From positions 3,475 through 67,474 of the forward strand of contig JBFMFO010000004.1 of assembly GCA_040754095.1 (NCBI GenBank): a stretch of 64,000 bases of DNA, in the 5' to 3' direction. A program made the translations under genes and the position numbers. This DNA comes from Thermodesulfobacteriota bacterium (lineage in GTDB: Bacteria; Desulfobacterota; QYQD01). Under the pieces are notes generated by a model. The model was given only the letters and a program-made list of their open reading frames with translations, was not told where the DNA came from and searched no databases. Positions within the stretch are counted from its first letter, which is position 1, and each line of letters begins with the position of its first letter. Shown one piece after another: positions 45,218 to 54,594 of this stretch.

Positions 45218-48200
45218 CTAGAGTCCATAAAGAGTCCTCTGATGTAAAGAAGTCTTGATGGAGCTCCCGCCGTATTTTCTTATTGTATCCATCAGTCGGA
45301 GTAAGGTATTCCTGGCGGACCCCAGATGCGGATCTATCTCTAGCGCCGTTTTATAAGAGTCCAAAGCCTTAGCCAATTGTCCCGTGGCTTCGTAACACAT
45401 GCCCAGATTAAGATGGATGACTGCTGCATTCGGATCAAGAGCCAGAATCTTCAGCAGGGCCTCTTCGGCCTCTTCGAAATCTCCGCCCTGCCAGTATAGA
45501 TTTGCCAATACACTCAGGATCTGACAGTATTTCTGGTTCGCGTCCGGGCCTTTCTGAATTTTTTTTAGCTCTTTCAGAAGATTAAGTTCCATTAGCTCTC
45601 TTTTTAATGCGCGGTCTTCGGGATTGCTTTTGGCCATGGTCTGAAGTCCCTCTATAGCATGATCATACATCCCTTGAATCTTATACAAACTGACCAAGTC
45701 CGGGAGATGGTCTTCACAGTATCCCACTGCCTTCTCAAGTTCCCGCGTGGCTTCTATAAACCGCCTTTGCTTCCAAAAATCCAGAGCGCTGCTATAATTA
45801 TGGATGCTCCGGTAGGGCGGAGGCCTCAGATTCCTTGGCTCCCTCAACCGGGCGGTAGCATAGGCTATGATGTCTTCAGCACTCGTACGCCCGCTTAACC
45901 GGTCCAGACATTTTGGGGCTACTCGGTTTGCCCGGTCTAATTCCAACACTTTTAGAAAGCCCTTTTTTGCCCTAGCGAATTGTAAGGCATTTTCATAACA
46001 GGTAGCCATGTTGAGATGATTCATTATGGAATTGGGCTGAAGCCTTACCGCTCCTTCCAATTCGGCCAGGGCTGAATCAAAGCTTCCCCTTTCCAAGTAG
46101 GCGAGCCCCAGCCTTTGTCTGGCTTCCGGACTATTGGGCAGATAGTTTACCATCCTTTTGGCATAGATCAGGTTGAGCCCCTTTCTAATCTTTTCAGAAA
46201 GCCAGGGTACAGGTCCAAGTTTGGTTGCAATATCCAACTGCTCTACCGCTTCGTCAAACTTATTCAAACCGAAATAGGCCTTTGCCAGTCCGAAATGGGC
46301 ATCAATGGATTTGGGTTCTGTTTCGAGGACCTTCTTAAACCAGCCTGTTGCTGCGGAAAAATCTTCAGCGTTCAAGCTGGAGAAGCCCAGATTCTGGCAG
46401 ATGGTATAGTCTTTGGGATTTTCCGTTAAGGCCCTGAGCAGGATGGCCTTTGAATTATGCGAACAGCCGAGCATATCACGGGCTACTTCAGACACCGGAT
46501 TCAGTTCCAGCGCTCGCCGATACATCATATTTGCCAGGTGAAACTGACTGTCGAGTTCGAGGAGTCGTCCAGCCAGTATATAATCCCTCTCCATAATATA
46601 GCGTTTCAAGGCGAGATCACCGGGACCGGTCTTTAGATATCGAACTATATCGCTCCGCCTGACCAGAAGCTCTTGCAAGATTCTTTTCACTCCCCGATGT
46701 CGTTCCACAGGGCCAAAGTATCTCTTGGCTGCTGCGTATTCCAGATAGGAATTATCATCCGTGTTGCATAGTCCCTTCTGCCCGATGAGCTGCAAGATAC
46801 CTTCATTGTCTAACAAAAAGAAACTTAGCAACTGCCGACAATCGAGGACTGAGATGGCAGCCAGGTCCTCCCGAATCGCTTTCCGGTTGAAATGCTGTTC
46901 CAGTTTGCGCAAGTCTATGGAGAGAGGCTGAATCATTCCCATAAGGATGCACCATTCGTTGCGGCCAGCCGGTGTATGCCAGAGATACACGTGGGGGAAA
47001 ACCGTTTTCATAGATCGGAGAATCACCTTGAAATCCTCCGGAGTAAGCTCGTAGAGAGGTGCCCAGGTAGAAAATATTCCCCCGGTTCTGAGTTTATCTT
47101 TGCAAAGGCGAAAGTATTCTACGGTATAAAGCGACCCGTTGCCGGCGATAGTTGGATGAATGGAATCAGAGAGTATAACATCATATCTTCGGGTTCCTCT
47201 CACCAAAAAACTTCGCACATCATCTATGGCCAAGTTCAGTTTGGACTTATCGAGGACCTTCTGATTCACATCCGCAAAAAAACCAACGGTGTCTATCACT
47301 TCCGGGGAAATTTCCACACTATCTACGTGGTCTATATTGTGCCGGGTTACGGAAGAGGCTGTCTCACCGCTTCCAAACCCGATTTGCAGGATTTCCCGGG
47401 CCTGGCTATGTATCAGGAGCGGAATATGAGCCTGCAGCTTTTGAGATGTCCTGAACTTGAAGTCCGTACCAGAGACATTTACTCCATTTATGGCCAGTTG
47501 CAGAGAGTAGTCAGGCAACCGGTGCACGGTAACGGTTCCGCCGACCCCCTCCCTTGCGAAGACAGTCCTGATTTCTTCATTCCCTTTAGAAAATATAGAG
47601 ATAAAAGCGTCTTGATCCATCCAGAAGTAGCCGCCCAGAAACAAGAAGGCTGCGGTGACTTGTGCAAAAATTACCCTTACTCTGCGATCCAGGCACCGCA
47701 TTAGAATCAAAGCCGCTACGATGATGTTGAGCAAAGCTATGAAAATCAGACTCCGCCTTGTACCTAGAACAGGCAAGAAAATCAGACCGGCCATGATGGC
47801 ACCAAGGATGGCCCCGATCGTATTTGCCGAGTAAATTGTCCCGATTTTGTGCCCTATTTCCTTTAGATTGTCGGTATAGATACGGCTTGCCATGGGGAAG
47901 GTGGCACCGAGAAAAACGGAGGGTACGAAAACCAATGCCAGACAGGCGAGGGCAAAATAGGTCATACTGCGCCAGTATGGATCAGGAATAAGTTCAACAT
48001 AATCTCTGGCGAATTCCTGGAGAGAATTCAATCTCACGACTAAAGGAATCGAAAGGACAGAGATGAAGGCGAGCGTAATTTGCAGTCCGGCGAGAGTTTG
48101 CCTGAGGGGTCTGATTTTGTCGGCCAGGAAACTCCCGATATAACTCCCCACGGCAAACCCCAGCAAAAAAAGCGTGAGCATGGTTGAAAAGGTATATACC

Positions 48201-49024
48201 AGTACCCCTGGCGAGAAAAAGACCAGTACCCTTGTCCAGACTATTTCGTAAGCCAGGCCGGTAAAACCCGAAAGCCCTATAGCCCAGACTATCATGTTGT
48301 CCGGTCCGAATTTGCTTTTCTGGTTACCATAGTTCGTGCGCCCTGTTCTATTTAAAGAAGCGGTCGCCGGCGGAATTTCTGCGTTATTGTATCTATGCAG
48401 ACCAAACGAGAGTAGCCCGGCTATTGCGGCTACTCCAAAATTCATGCCGACTGTGAGATGCGTCGTGCCTTGGATACCAAAGACCTCTATGAGAAAGAAA
48501 CCACCTATGAAGCAACCAACAACTGCGCCCAGGGTATTTGCCGCATAGAGTTCACCCGTGATTCGGCCAATCTTATCATTACTGGTTGCAGCGAACCGGC
48601 ACAGGATGGGAAGTGTCCCTCCCATTAAAGTAGTAGGAGCAAGGATCAAAATGAAACAGAAAACAATTTGAGCCAGCCGGAACGAAAAGGGAGTGTTTCC
48701 CATGAAGCGGCAGATCCATATATAGAGTGGGGTAAGGGCTGAGAAGAGAAAAGGCAGGCTAAGGGCCAGGAAGGCGATAGCTGCTTCGATAATGGCATAG
48801 GTCAGAAGCGGTCTGTTTTTCCGGTCGATAAGCTTGCCAAATTTATAGCTGCCTATAGCCAGCCCTGCCATGAATGCGGCCAGGATAATACTGGCGGCAA
48901 AAGTAGTATTTCCCAGGATCCGCGCCAGTATCTTCACCCACAATACTTCATAGATGAGGGCGCAGGTCCCGGAAAGAAAAAACAATACGTATACCGCCCG
49001 TCTAATCCATTCTCTGCCGGACAT
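45218..49024 (-). CDS. fused MFS-type membrane domain / spermidine-synthase-like domain / TPR-repeat protein
   Basis: 1268 aa: ~14 TM helices in two MFS-like halves, then VLQIGFGSGETAS...DVILSDSIHP (aminopropyltransferase/class I MTase fold), then a ~600-aa TPR array. Confidence 0.75.
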   Translation of the reverse strand: MSGREWIRRAVYVLFFLSGTCALIYEVLWVKILARILGNTTFAASIILAAFMAGLAIGSYKFGKLIDRKNRPLLTYAIIEAAIAFLALSLPFLFSALTPLYIWICRFMGNTPFSFRLAQIVFCFILILAPTTLMGGTLPILCRFAATSNDKIGRITGELYAANTLGAVVGCFIGGFFLIEVFGIQGTTHLTVGMNFGVAAIAGLLSFGLHRYNNAEIPPATASLNRTGRTNYGNQKSKFGPDNMIVWAIGLSGFTGLAYEIVWTRVLVFFSPGVLVYTFSTMLTLFLLGFAVGSYIGSFLADKIRPLRQTLAGLQITLAFISVLSIPLVVRLNSLQEFARDYVELIPDPYWRSMTYFALACLALVFVPSVFLGATFPMASRIYTDNLKEIGHKIGTIYSANTIGAILGAIMAGLIFLPVLGTRRSLIFIALLNIIVAALILMRCLDRRVRVIFAQVTAAFLFLGGYFWMDQDAFISIFSKGNEEIRTVFAREGVGGTVTVHRLPDYSLQLAINGVNVSGTDFKFRTSQKLQAHIPLLIHSQAREILQIGFGSGETASSVTRHNIDHVDSVEISPEVIDTVGFFADVNQKVLDKSKLNLAIDDVRSFLVRGTRRYDVILSDSIHPTIAGNGSLYTVEYFRLCKDKLRTGGIFSTWAPLYELTPEDFKVILRSMKTVFPHVYLWHTPAGRNEWCILMGMIQPLSIDLRKLEQHFNRKAIREDLAAISVLDCRQLLSFFLLDNEGILQLIGQKGLCNTDDNSYLEYAAAKRYFGPVERHRGVKRILQELLVRRSDIVRYLKTGPGDLALKRYIMERDYILAGRLLELDSQFHLANMMYRRALELNPVSEVARDMLGCSHNSKAILLRALTENPKDYTICQNLGFSSLNAEDFSAATGWFKKVLETEPKSIDAHFGLAKAYFGLNKFDEAVEQLDIATKLGPVPWLSEKIRKGLNLIYAKRMVNYLPNSPEARQRLGLAYLERGSFDSALAELEGAVRLQPNSIMNHLNMATCYENALQFARAKKGFLKVLELDRANRVAPKCLDRLSGRTSAEDIIAYATARLREPRNLRPPPYRSIHNYSSALDFWKQRRFIEATRELEKAVGYCEDHLPDLVSLYKIQGMYDHAIEGLQTMAKSNPEDRALKRELMELNLLKELKKIQKGPDANQKYCQILSVLANLYWQGGDFEEAEEALLKILALDPNAAVIHLNLGMCYEATGQLAKALDSYKTALEIDPHLGSARNTLLRLMDTIRKYGGSSIKTSLHQRTLYGL

Positions 49025-49345
49025 AAGGTATCAGCAATAAGTAACGTTCATCGACATCTTAAAGCCTATCATATCTGTTTTTCGGCTTTTGTAAACTAAT
49101 GGATAAAAGTTTACTAAGCCCGTTTGTCCGGGCTTATGAGTCCAGGCGCAGGGGGAGCCGGTGGTGAGAGCAAGAAAGGAATCTTAATGAGCCTGACAGT
49201 TGAAGCTCCCCGCAGCAAGCTGCGGGGAATCTCCGTATGCAAGGTAAAAGCATCGTATTCGCTCGCTAACCCCGCTGCAAGCACCGGGGAATGCGCTCGC
49301 TATGCATGTTCAATGGCTCTTCAGCTTAGCGGCTCAGTGAAACTT

Positions 49346-50599
49346 TCAGAAAGAATTGCCGGCTGCGCCGAAGGGGCCTCCGCATTGCCAACTGCCCCAG
49401 CATTTGGAAGCGGCGTTGTGGAAGTGACAGGTCAGGCAACTGCCAGGCCCCCCACAATGTCCGATATGTACGTGGCAAGACTTGCAGAATTCGGCCTCCC
49501 AGGTCCAGGGACCCGGCCCGGGCGGATACCGGTTATAATGGCCGTTTACTGTTTTGCGCAGGAGATAAGGAGTTGTTGTATTATGGCCGTGAACCGCCCC
49601 GTGAGGTTCATGGCAGTCCGTGCAGGAAAGGATGAAATTGATATAATTGGCCGCGTGATAAGGGTCTTTTATGGACCCCCACGCCATTCCGTCCACGGTA
49701 TTGCAGCGGGTTACGCTGCCGTGATAGTCGCCGGGGAAGGTCCGTTTATTGGGCTGCGCCCAGTCGATTTTTTTCAGATTTCTGCCGAGGGTTGTGCTGT
49801 AAATATCGTTTGTGGCATTGTGACAGTCTGAACAGAAGGTAACGTAATCGGGTAGATTCGAGCCGTCAGTGATCCCGGACCCGTCCGGTTCGTAAGTAGT
49901 AGTTGAGCTATATTGATAAGGGGCCTGATATTGACCTCCATGGGCAACCGCGTAGTCACTCATCTTTTCCCCGGCCCCATCACCCCAGATATTATTGCGA
50001 TCTGTTGGTCTTACGATCGGATAGCTGCGCTGAGAGATATGCGGGTTATGACAGGCGTTACAAGGGTTTGATTCATTGCCAAATGTTTCCGGCCACTTTG
50101 TTTTCACAAAATCGAGTATGTCTTGAAGGTTGTGGGCAGAGCCGGAGACAGGGTTAAAGGTATCATAAATATTATTGGGTGTGGTGTGATTGACAATATC
50201 CCCACCAAACCAGTAACTATAGTTATAATTTGTCCGGTCGAAGGATATCTGTAGCGAACCCGCTCCTTCATGGCAATAGTAGCAAAAGCCCTCTGTCTGA
50301 CTGGTAAAGTTATCTGCAAAGATGGCGTACCTGGAAGCGTTTCCACCTGCCGGTGCGGCCTCCTGGCCATCAATACGGGCATGCTGCTCATGGCAGTGGC
50401 CACAGTGGCCTTTGGTATAACCAATGGTAGCGGTAGCGCTCCGGTTAACCCCATAACTCGTATTTCCATGGGCCGAGTTAAAGTAGGTACCGGCAAAAAG
50501 TGGAAGAGACTTGCACAGGAATATACTGAGACAAAGAGAAAGGGCACAGACCGGGAGGCCCAACCATAGTTTCTTACGACGCGGCACTATAACCCTCAC
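49346..50599 (-). CDS. multiheme cytochrome c (7 CxxCH), secreted
   Basis: 417 aa with signal peptide. CGHCH, CYYCH, CNACH, CSDCH, CTDCH, CKSCH, CLTCH. Confidence 0.8.
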   Translation of the reverse strand: MRVIVPRRKKLWLGLPVCALSLCLSIFLCKSLPLFAGTYFNSAHGNTSYGVNRSATATIGYTKGHCGHCHEQHARIDGQEAAPAGGNASRYAIFADNFTSQTEGFCYYCHEGAGSLQISFDRTNYNYSYWFGGDIVNHTTPNNIYDTFNPVSGSAHNLQDILDFVKTKWPETFGNESNPCNACHNPHISQRSYPIVRPTDRNNIWGDGAGEKMSDYAVAHGGQYQAPYQYSSTTTYEPDGSGITDGSNLPDYVTFCSDCHNATNDIYSTTLGRNLKKIDWAQPNKRTFPGDYHGSVTRCNTVDGMAWGSIKDPYHAANYINFILSCTDCHEPHGAVHGHNTTTPYLLRKTVNGHYNRYPPGPGPWTWEAEFCKSCHVHIGHCGGPGSCLTCHFHNAASKCWGSWQCGGPFGAAGNSF

Positions 50600-50675
50600 T
50601 GAACACAGGAACTTATGGGGGAAGCTCTAACTACTTATCGGCAATCTTGCAGGCAAAGATTAAACCTTGCCCGTG

Positions 50676-51836
50676 CTAGAGATGATCGTCCTTTGAGGTA
50701 TGACAGACGTAGCACCCGGTTTCCTTCGCCATATTTTCGTAATTCCACCTTAGCATGTCAGGATAAGGGCTGCCATGGACCCGGTGACAGGAGAGGCACA
50801 TGACCCGGTCCACTCCCGGGGTTACGGTACTGGAAACGATACTTACAACAGGACGCGAGACGGGCGCCTGGGGATTATAGGCGGTGTAAGCGGCATATTC
50901 GCCCCCGCTGGGTATCTCGGTATCTCCGGCCGGATGTCTCAGCCAGCTTCCGGTTGCATCCCGGTTGCGATTCTGCAGGTCCCAACTGTGATAGTCCCGG
51001 TGACACCCAGCGCAGAAGTCGCTGATACCCATAGGATTTGCAGAGCCCGGAGAGTATGGAGCAGCGGGTTTATCAGCGTCCCGGTACTCATTGTGATCTG
51101 CCTGGCCCACCGTCAGTTCCCAGTCGGGGTCTTCAATCCCCTCCACTCCCGGCCGGCTGGAATGCGGCGGAATATCCCATACCCAGGCCGGCCTGCCCAG
51201 GAAACGATAACACCCGTTTTCTTCTTTTACCACGCCGCCTGGAGCCGGGTCCGGGGCGTGGTGTCTGGGGACATGGCAACCTATGCACCCATTGCCCTTG
51301 ATAGGATAATGGAACCAGTCGTATCCGGGGCCAAGCCGGATGCTGGCGAGCGATGCGTGGCATCCGCCGAATCCGCAGCCGACGCCTGTTTCCGAGGAAC
51401 CCGGCGCCGAAGATAGGGTTTGATCCACGCTTATCACATTGTGCCCGTAATTATCCCCGTTATGTTGAACGTAGTAGAAGTTTCCCCCAGCCGTCATCTG
51501 TGCGGGTTCAACCGTATTGTAAACAATAGGGATCGTGCTCTCCCCAAGCGGCTTTGTCGGGGAGCCGTCGGTTGAGGAGTGGCAGCCAATGCACGTTGTG
51601 TTCAGCAAGTTGTAGCCCGGCCCCCCCCGCTTTGCGCTTTCCGTGTATATTTCCACACCATTTTGCGAGTTGTGCATGGTATGGCAATTCACACAGGCGC
51701 CTTTTACAGACGCCCAACTTGCTGCAGGAATGAACAGCAAAAGGGCCGACAAGAGAAGCAGGATCATACAAACATGGTTTCTTGAGGGGGTCAGACGCAT
51801 GCCGAAAGCTTTACGCAATATATATGCCAAATGCAT
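50676..51836 (-). CDS. multiheme cytochrome c (6 CxxCH plus one CX4CH), secreted
   Basis: 386 aa with signal peptide. CVNCH, CIGCH, CGFGGCH, CIGCH, CAGCH, CLSCH, CYVCH. Confidence 0.8.
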   Translation of the reverse strand: MHLAYILRKAFGMRLTPSRNHVCMILLLLSALLLFIPAASWASVKGACVNCHTMHNSQNGVEIYTESAKRGGPGYNLLNTTCIGCHSSTDGSPTKPLGESTIPIVYNTVEPAQMTAGGNFYYVQHNGDNYGHNVISVDQTLSSAPGSSETGVGCGFGGCHASLASIRLGPGYDWFHYPIKGNGCIGCHVPRHHAPDPAPGGVVKEENGCYRFLGRPAWVWDIPPHSSRPGVEGIEDPDWELTVGQADHNEYRDADKPAAPYSPGSANPMGISDFCAGCHRDYHSWDLQNRNRDATGSWLRHPAGDTEIPSGGEYAAYTAYNPQAPVSRPVVSIVSSTVTPGVDRVMCLSCHRVHGSPYPDMLRWNYENMAKETGCYVCHTSKDDHL

Positions 51837-52144
51837 TGCTGCGAGGGAAATTGTTTATACGCGCAATCTTACACACATCTTGATTCAATATTCTAAAACG
51901 GTATGAATTACAAGTGAAAAAAACACGGTCTTGTGGAAGAGTATTTCCCTCGGTTGAGAAAAACTTTTCACACTATTGGGAATAGACTTCCATTTGCACT
52001 TTTTCCTAAAACTAAACCGCAAGAGGTGAGTAGGCCTGTATTTGTTTCTATGGGTGAGCAAAGGGCAACAACTACGTCAGTGACAGATATTGTTGCTGTT
52101 ATGGGTTGGTTGAACGCGAGGCCGCGATGTGCCTCGTTTCTTGA

Positions 52145-52768
52145 TTACTTACTCTTCAGTTCCTTAATCCATTCCGGCGGGGCTCCGGCGCGGTAGGCAT
52201 CCTGGATAAGACCCTGGTCAAGCATGTATTGGGCCTTTTTGGCTTTTTCTTCCAGTTCCGGCGTGATCTCCTGCAACCGTTTCAATTCCCGGTAGTCATC
52301 AATAAGTGGCCCCTGGTTAAGGATGATGCCCTCTTCAGTGCGTGTTCCCTGCCTTACCCTTCCCCGGCGTAACGTCGCTATATCCTCATTATTTTTTTTA
52401 ACTTGTTCGGTTAACCGTTTGACCTCATCCTGCCACTTTTTCTTTTGCCCCAGCCACCATTCTTTATTTTGTCCCCTCACATCGGTGCGGGTATCCGGCT
52501 TTTCCTCTGCTGATAGGGGCGGCGGTACAGGTGATACGGTCGGCGCTATGGATTTCTCCGGTGCGGGTGGCGGGGGTGGCCGCCTATCTATGCTTTTTTG
52601 CTCTGCGCGTCCCTTAAATCTGGAAGGTACATTTTCCGGATTATCTGTGTAATGTGTTACGCCCTTCTCGTCTGTCCATTTATATATCGTACCCTGGGCG
52701 AAGGAAACAGATACAGAAATTACACAGACGGTAGCGATAACCAGTTTATACCATAAGGATATTTTCAT
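52145..52768 (-). CDS. DUF4124-domain secreted protein with Pro-rich linker and coiled coil
   Basis: 207 aa: signal peptide, IYKWTDEKGVTHYTDNPENVP (DUF4124-like), then a PPPPPAPEK linker. Its ATGAAA start abuts the MITE copy C. Confidence 0.6.
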   Translation of the reverse strand: MKISLWYKLVIATVCVISVSVSFAQGTIYKWTDEKGVTHYTDNPENVPSRFKGRAEQKSIDRRPPPPPAPEKSIAPTVSPVPPPLSAEEKPDTRTDVRGQNKEWWLGQKKKWQDEVKRLTEQVKKNNEDIATLRRGRVRQGTRTEEGIILNQGPLIDDYRELKRLQEITPELEEKAKKAQYMLDQGLIQDAYRAGAPPEWIKELKSK

Positions 52769-52880
52769 CTGAAAATCCCCCTGTATCCCCCTTTTCCAAA
52801 GGGGGAATTGATGGGACTTCGTCTTTCCCCAAAAGGGGGGCTTAACGGATGCCCCCGTTTTAGTAAAGGGGGGTAAGGTC
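52769..52880. repeat. MITE-like nested palindromic element, copy C
   Basis: CTGAAAATCCCCCTGTATCCCCCTTTTCCAAAGGGGGAATTGATGGGACTTCGTCTTTCCCCAAAAGGGGGGCTTAACGGATGCCCCCGTTTTAG. Confidence 0.7.
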
Positions 52881-54222
52881 AGAGTATTAATTCAACAATT
52901 ACAGTAGTGCCTTTGCCCACCTCACTCAATATCTTTATAGTGCCGTTATGCCTTTTTAATATCTCCCGGGAAACGGTAAGTCCCAGGCCGCTGCTTATGG
53001 TCTTGGTAGTAAAGAACGGTTCAAATATTTTGTCCAGGACCTCGGCGGGTATGCCCACTCCTGAATCGGCTATCTCAATGCGCACGCGGGATGGCGGAGG
53101 ATCCGCTACGTGGCTGGTTATGACGCGGAGGTGTCCTCCCTTGGGCATAGCGCTTACGGCATTAGAAAACAGGTGGATAAAAACCTCCTCCAACTTTTTC
53201 TTATCGCCTGATACCAGAGGCATATCTTCTTCAAGGTATTGATGCACGGCGATACCGCTCTTGGTCAATGTATCTTCAAAGAGGAGCAACACATCTATAA
53301 TCAACTTGTTGATGTTTAACTGACGCCGTTCTATAGGAAATTCCGTAGAGTAAGTCAGTACATCATTTAAAAAGCGTTCCAGACGACCGACCTCGCTTAT
53401 GATAATCTCCACATATTTTTTTTCCGGCATTTTTAGCCTGGTCCGGCGCTGGATCAGGTTGGCAAAACCGCCGACAACAGTCAGCGGATTGCGTATCTCA
53501 TGGGCGATTTTGGCGGAGATCTGTCCGATGGCGACTAATTTTTCCGCCCTGAGGAGATATTCATGGGTCTCTTTAAGTGCCCTGGTTTTTTCATCAACGA
53601 TCTGTTCCAGGAGGTCTATACGTCCTCTGATATCAATGGAACGGAGAAAATCGGACATTTCCTTGCCTGTCCTTCCCCATTCCGCAGCCGGCTTTACCTG
53701 CCAGGAACAGGCGGGGTCGCCTTTGCCGCGGCAGGCTGTTTCTAAACAGAGGGCGGTATGACCGATAACGGCGCTGACATAGCCCGATACCAAACCTTCC
53801 AGGGTCCAGCATACGCTATGTTTTTCCAGCCCGAAATGTTTGAGGTGTTGCTCGACCTCAAAGGAATTCAGCCACTTTCCTTCCATGTAGAGATGTTTTT
53901 TGTCAGGGGCAATCTCTATTTTGATGTCAACCGGCTGGGCCAGGCCCTTTATAGTGTGTAAATCGCAAACTGCCTGCAGACGTTCCCGGTCGTTTCCCCA
54001 GAAAAAATCCTTGGCCAGATTGATAGCCTCTACATAACCGGCCTGGTACCCTAACCGGAAGAGGACCCCCTTGGTTATCTCGTCGCCCAGGGTGTTAATA
54101 AGGTCCTTTCTTAAAAAACCCAGCCCATCCGTGGAAAAAAGCAGAAAACGATTTTTACCCAGATGGATATGTCCGGCTTGAAAGTCGATCTTCATTGATG
54201 CAGCCAGATCTTCAGGCTTCAT
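52879..54222 (-). CDS. sensor histidine kinase with N-terminal XylR-N/V4R-type sensing domains
   Basis: 447 aa: V4R-like region (CWTLEGLVSGYVSAV...C...C), HisKA H-box AHEIRNPLTVV and a HATPase_c domain. Confidence 0.8.
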   Translation of the reverse strand: MKPEDLAASMKIDFQAGHIHLGKNRFLLFSTDGLGFLRKDLINTLGDEITKGVLFRLGYQAGYVEAINLAKDFFWGNDRERLQAVCDLHTIKGLAQPVDIKIEIAPDKKHLYMEGKWLNSFEVEQHLKHFGLEKHSVCWTLEGLVSGYVSAVIGHTALCLETACRGKGDPACSWQVKPAAEWGRTGKEMSDFLRSIDIRGRIDLLEQIVDEKTRALKETHEYLLRAEKLVAIGQISAKIAHEIRNPLTVVGGFANLIQRRTRLKMPEKKYVEIIISEVGRLERFLNDVLTYSTEFPIERRQLNINKLIIDVLLLFEDTLTKSGIAVHQYLEEDMPLVSGDKKKLEEVFIHLFSNAVSAMPKGGHLRVITSHVADPPPSRVRIEIADSGVGIPAEVLDKIFEPFFTTKTISSGLGLTVSREILKRHNGTIKILSEVGKGTTVIVELIL

Positions 54223-54260
54223 AATTATCTCCCGGGAGCGCTGTTTGTGTTGTCAGATTA

Positions 54261-54420
54261 ACCACAGAGCGCACAGAGAAACAATAAAGTATTAATAAGT
54301 TCAAATTTCAAAGCTCAAAATTCAAATCAATGACAAACCCCAAAGCTCAACAATCAACTGACCCTACCGTTTTCTTTTGGTTACTTGAAAAATCTTTGGG
54401 TTTCTCCGTGAACCCTGTGG
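54261..54420. repeat. ~160-bp intergenic element related to 3806-3953 (GCGCACAGAG motif, CAAAGCTCAAA repeats, terminal CCACAGAG/CCCTGTGG IR)
   Basis: ACCACAGAGCGCACAGAGAAACAATAAAGTATTAATAAG...CAAAGCTCAAAATTCAAATC...; the TTTGA-rich block is partly inverted relative to 3880-3935. Confidence 0.45.
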
Positions 54421-54594
54421 CTATTTTGCCGTCATAGACGGACAGAGTAAAACAATTGTATCAGTTTTGGGGACAGGAATACAACCAAAAAGGTATAAGT
54501 TCATAAAGGAATTTAAAATCTTAGCCCAAGATGCCGATAAAAACAGATGAGTACATTCCACCGGAGTGGACTGTCTTTAAACAGGATGTCTTAA

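Noticed and set aside
49124-49831. 235-aa plus-strand ORF upstream of and overlapping the cytochrome gene
   Set aside because: It is antisense to the 3' part of the seven-heme cytochrome (49346-50599), which has clear CxxCH motifs and a signal peptide. It has no domain.
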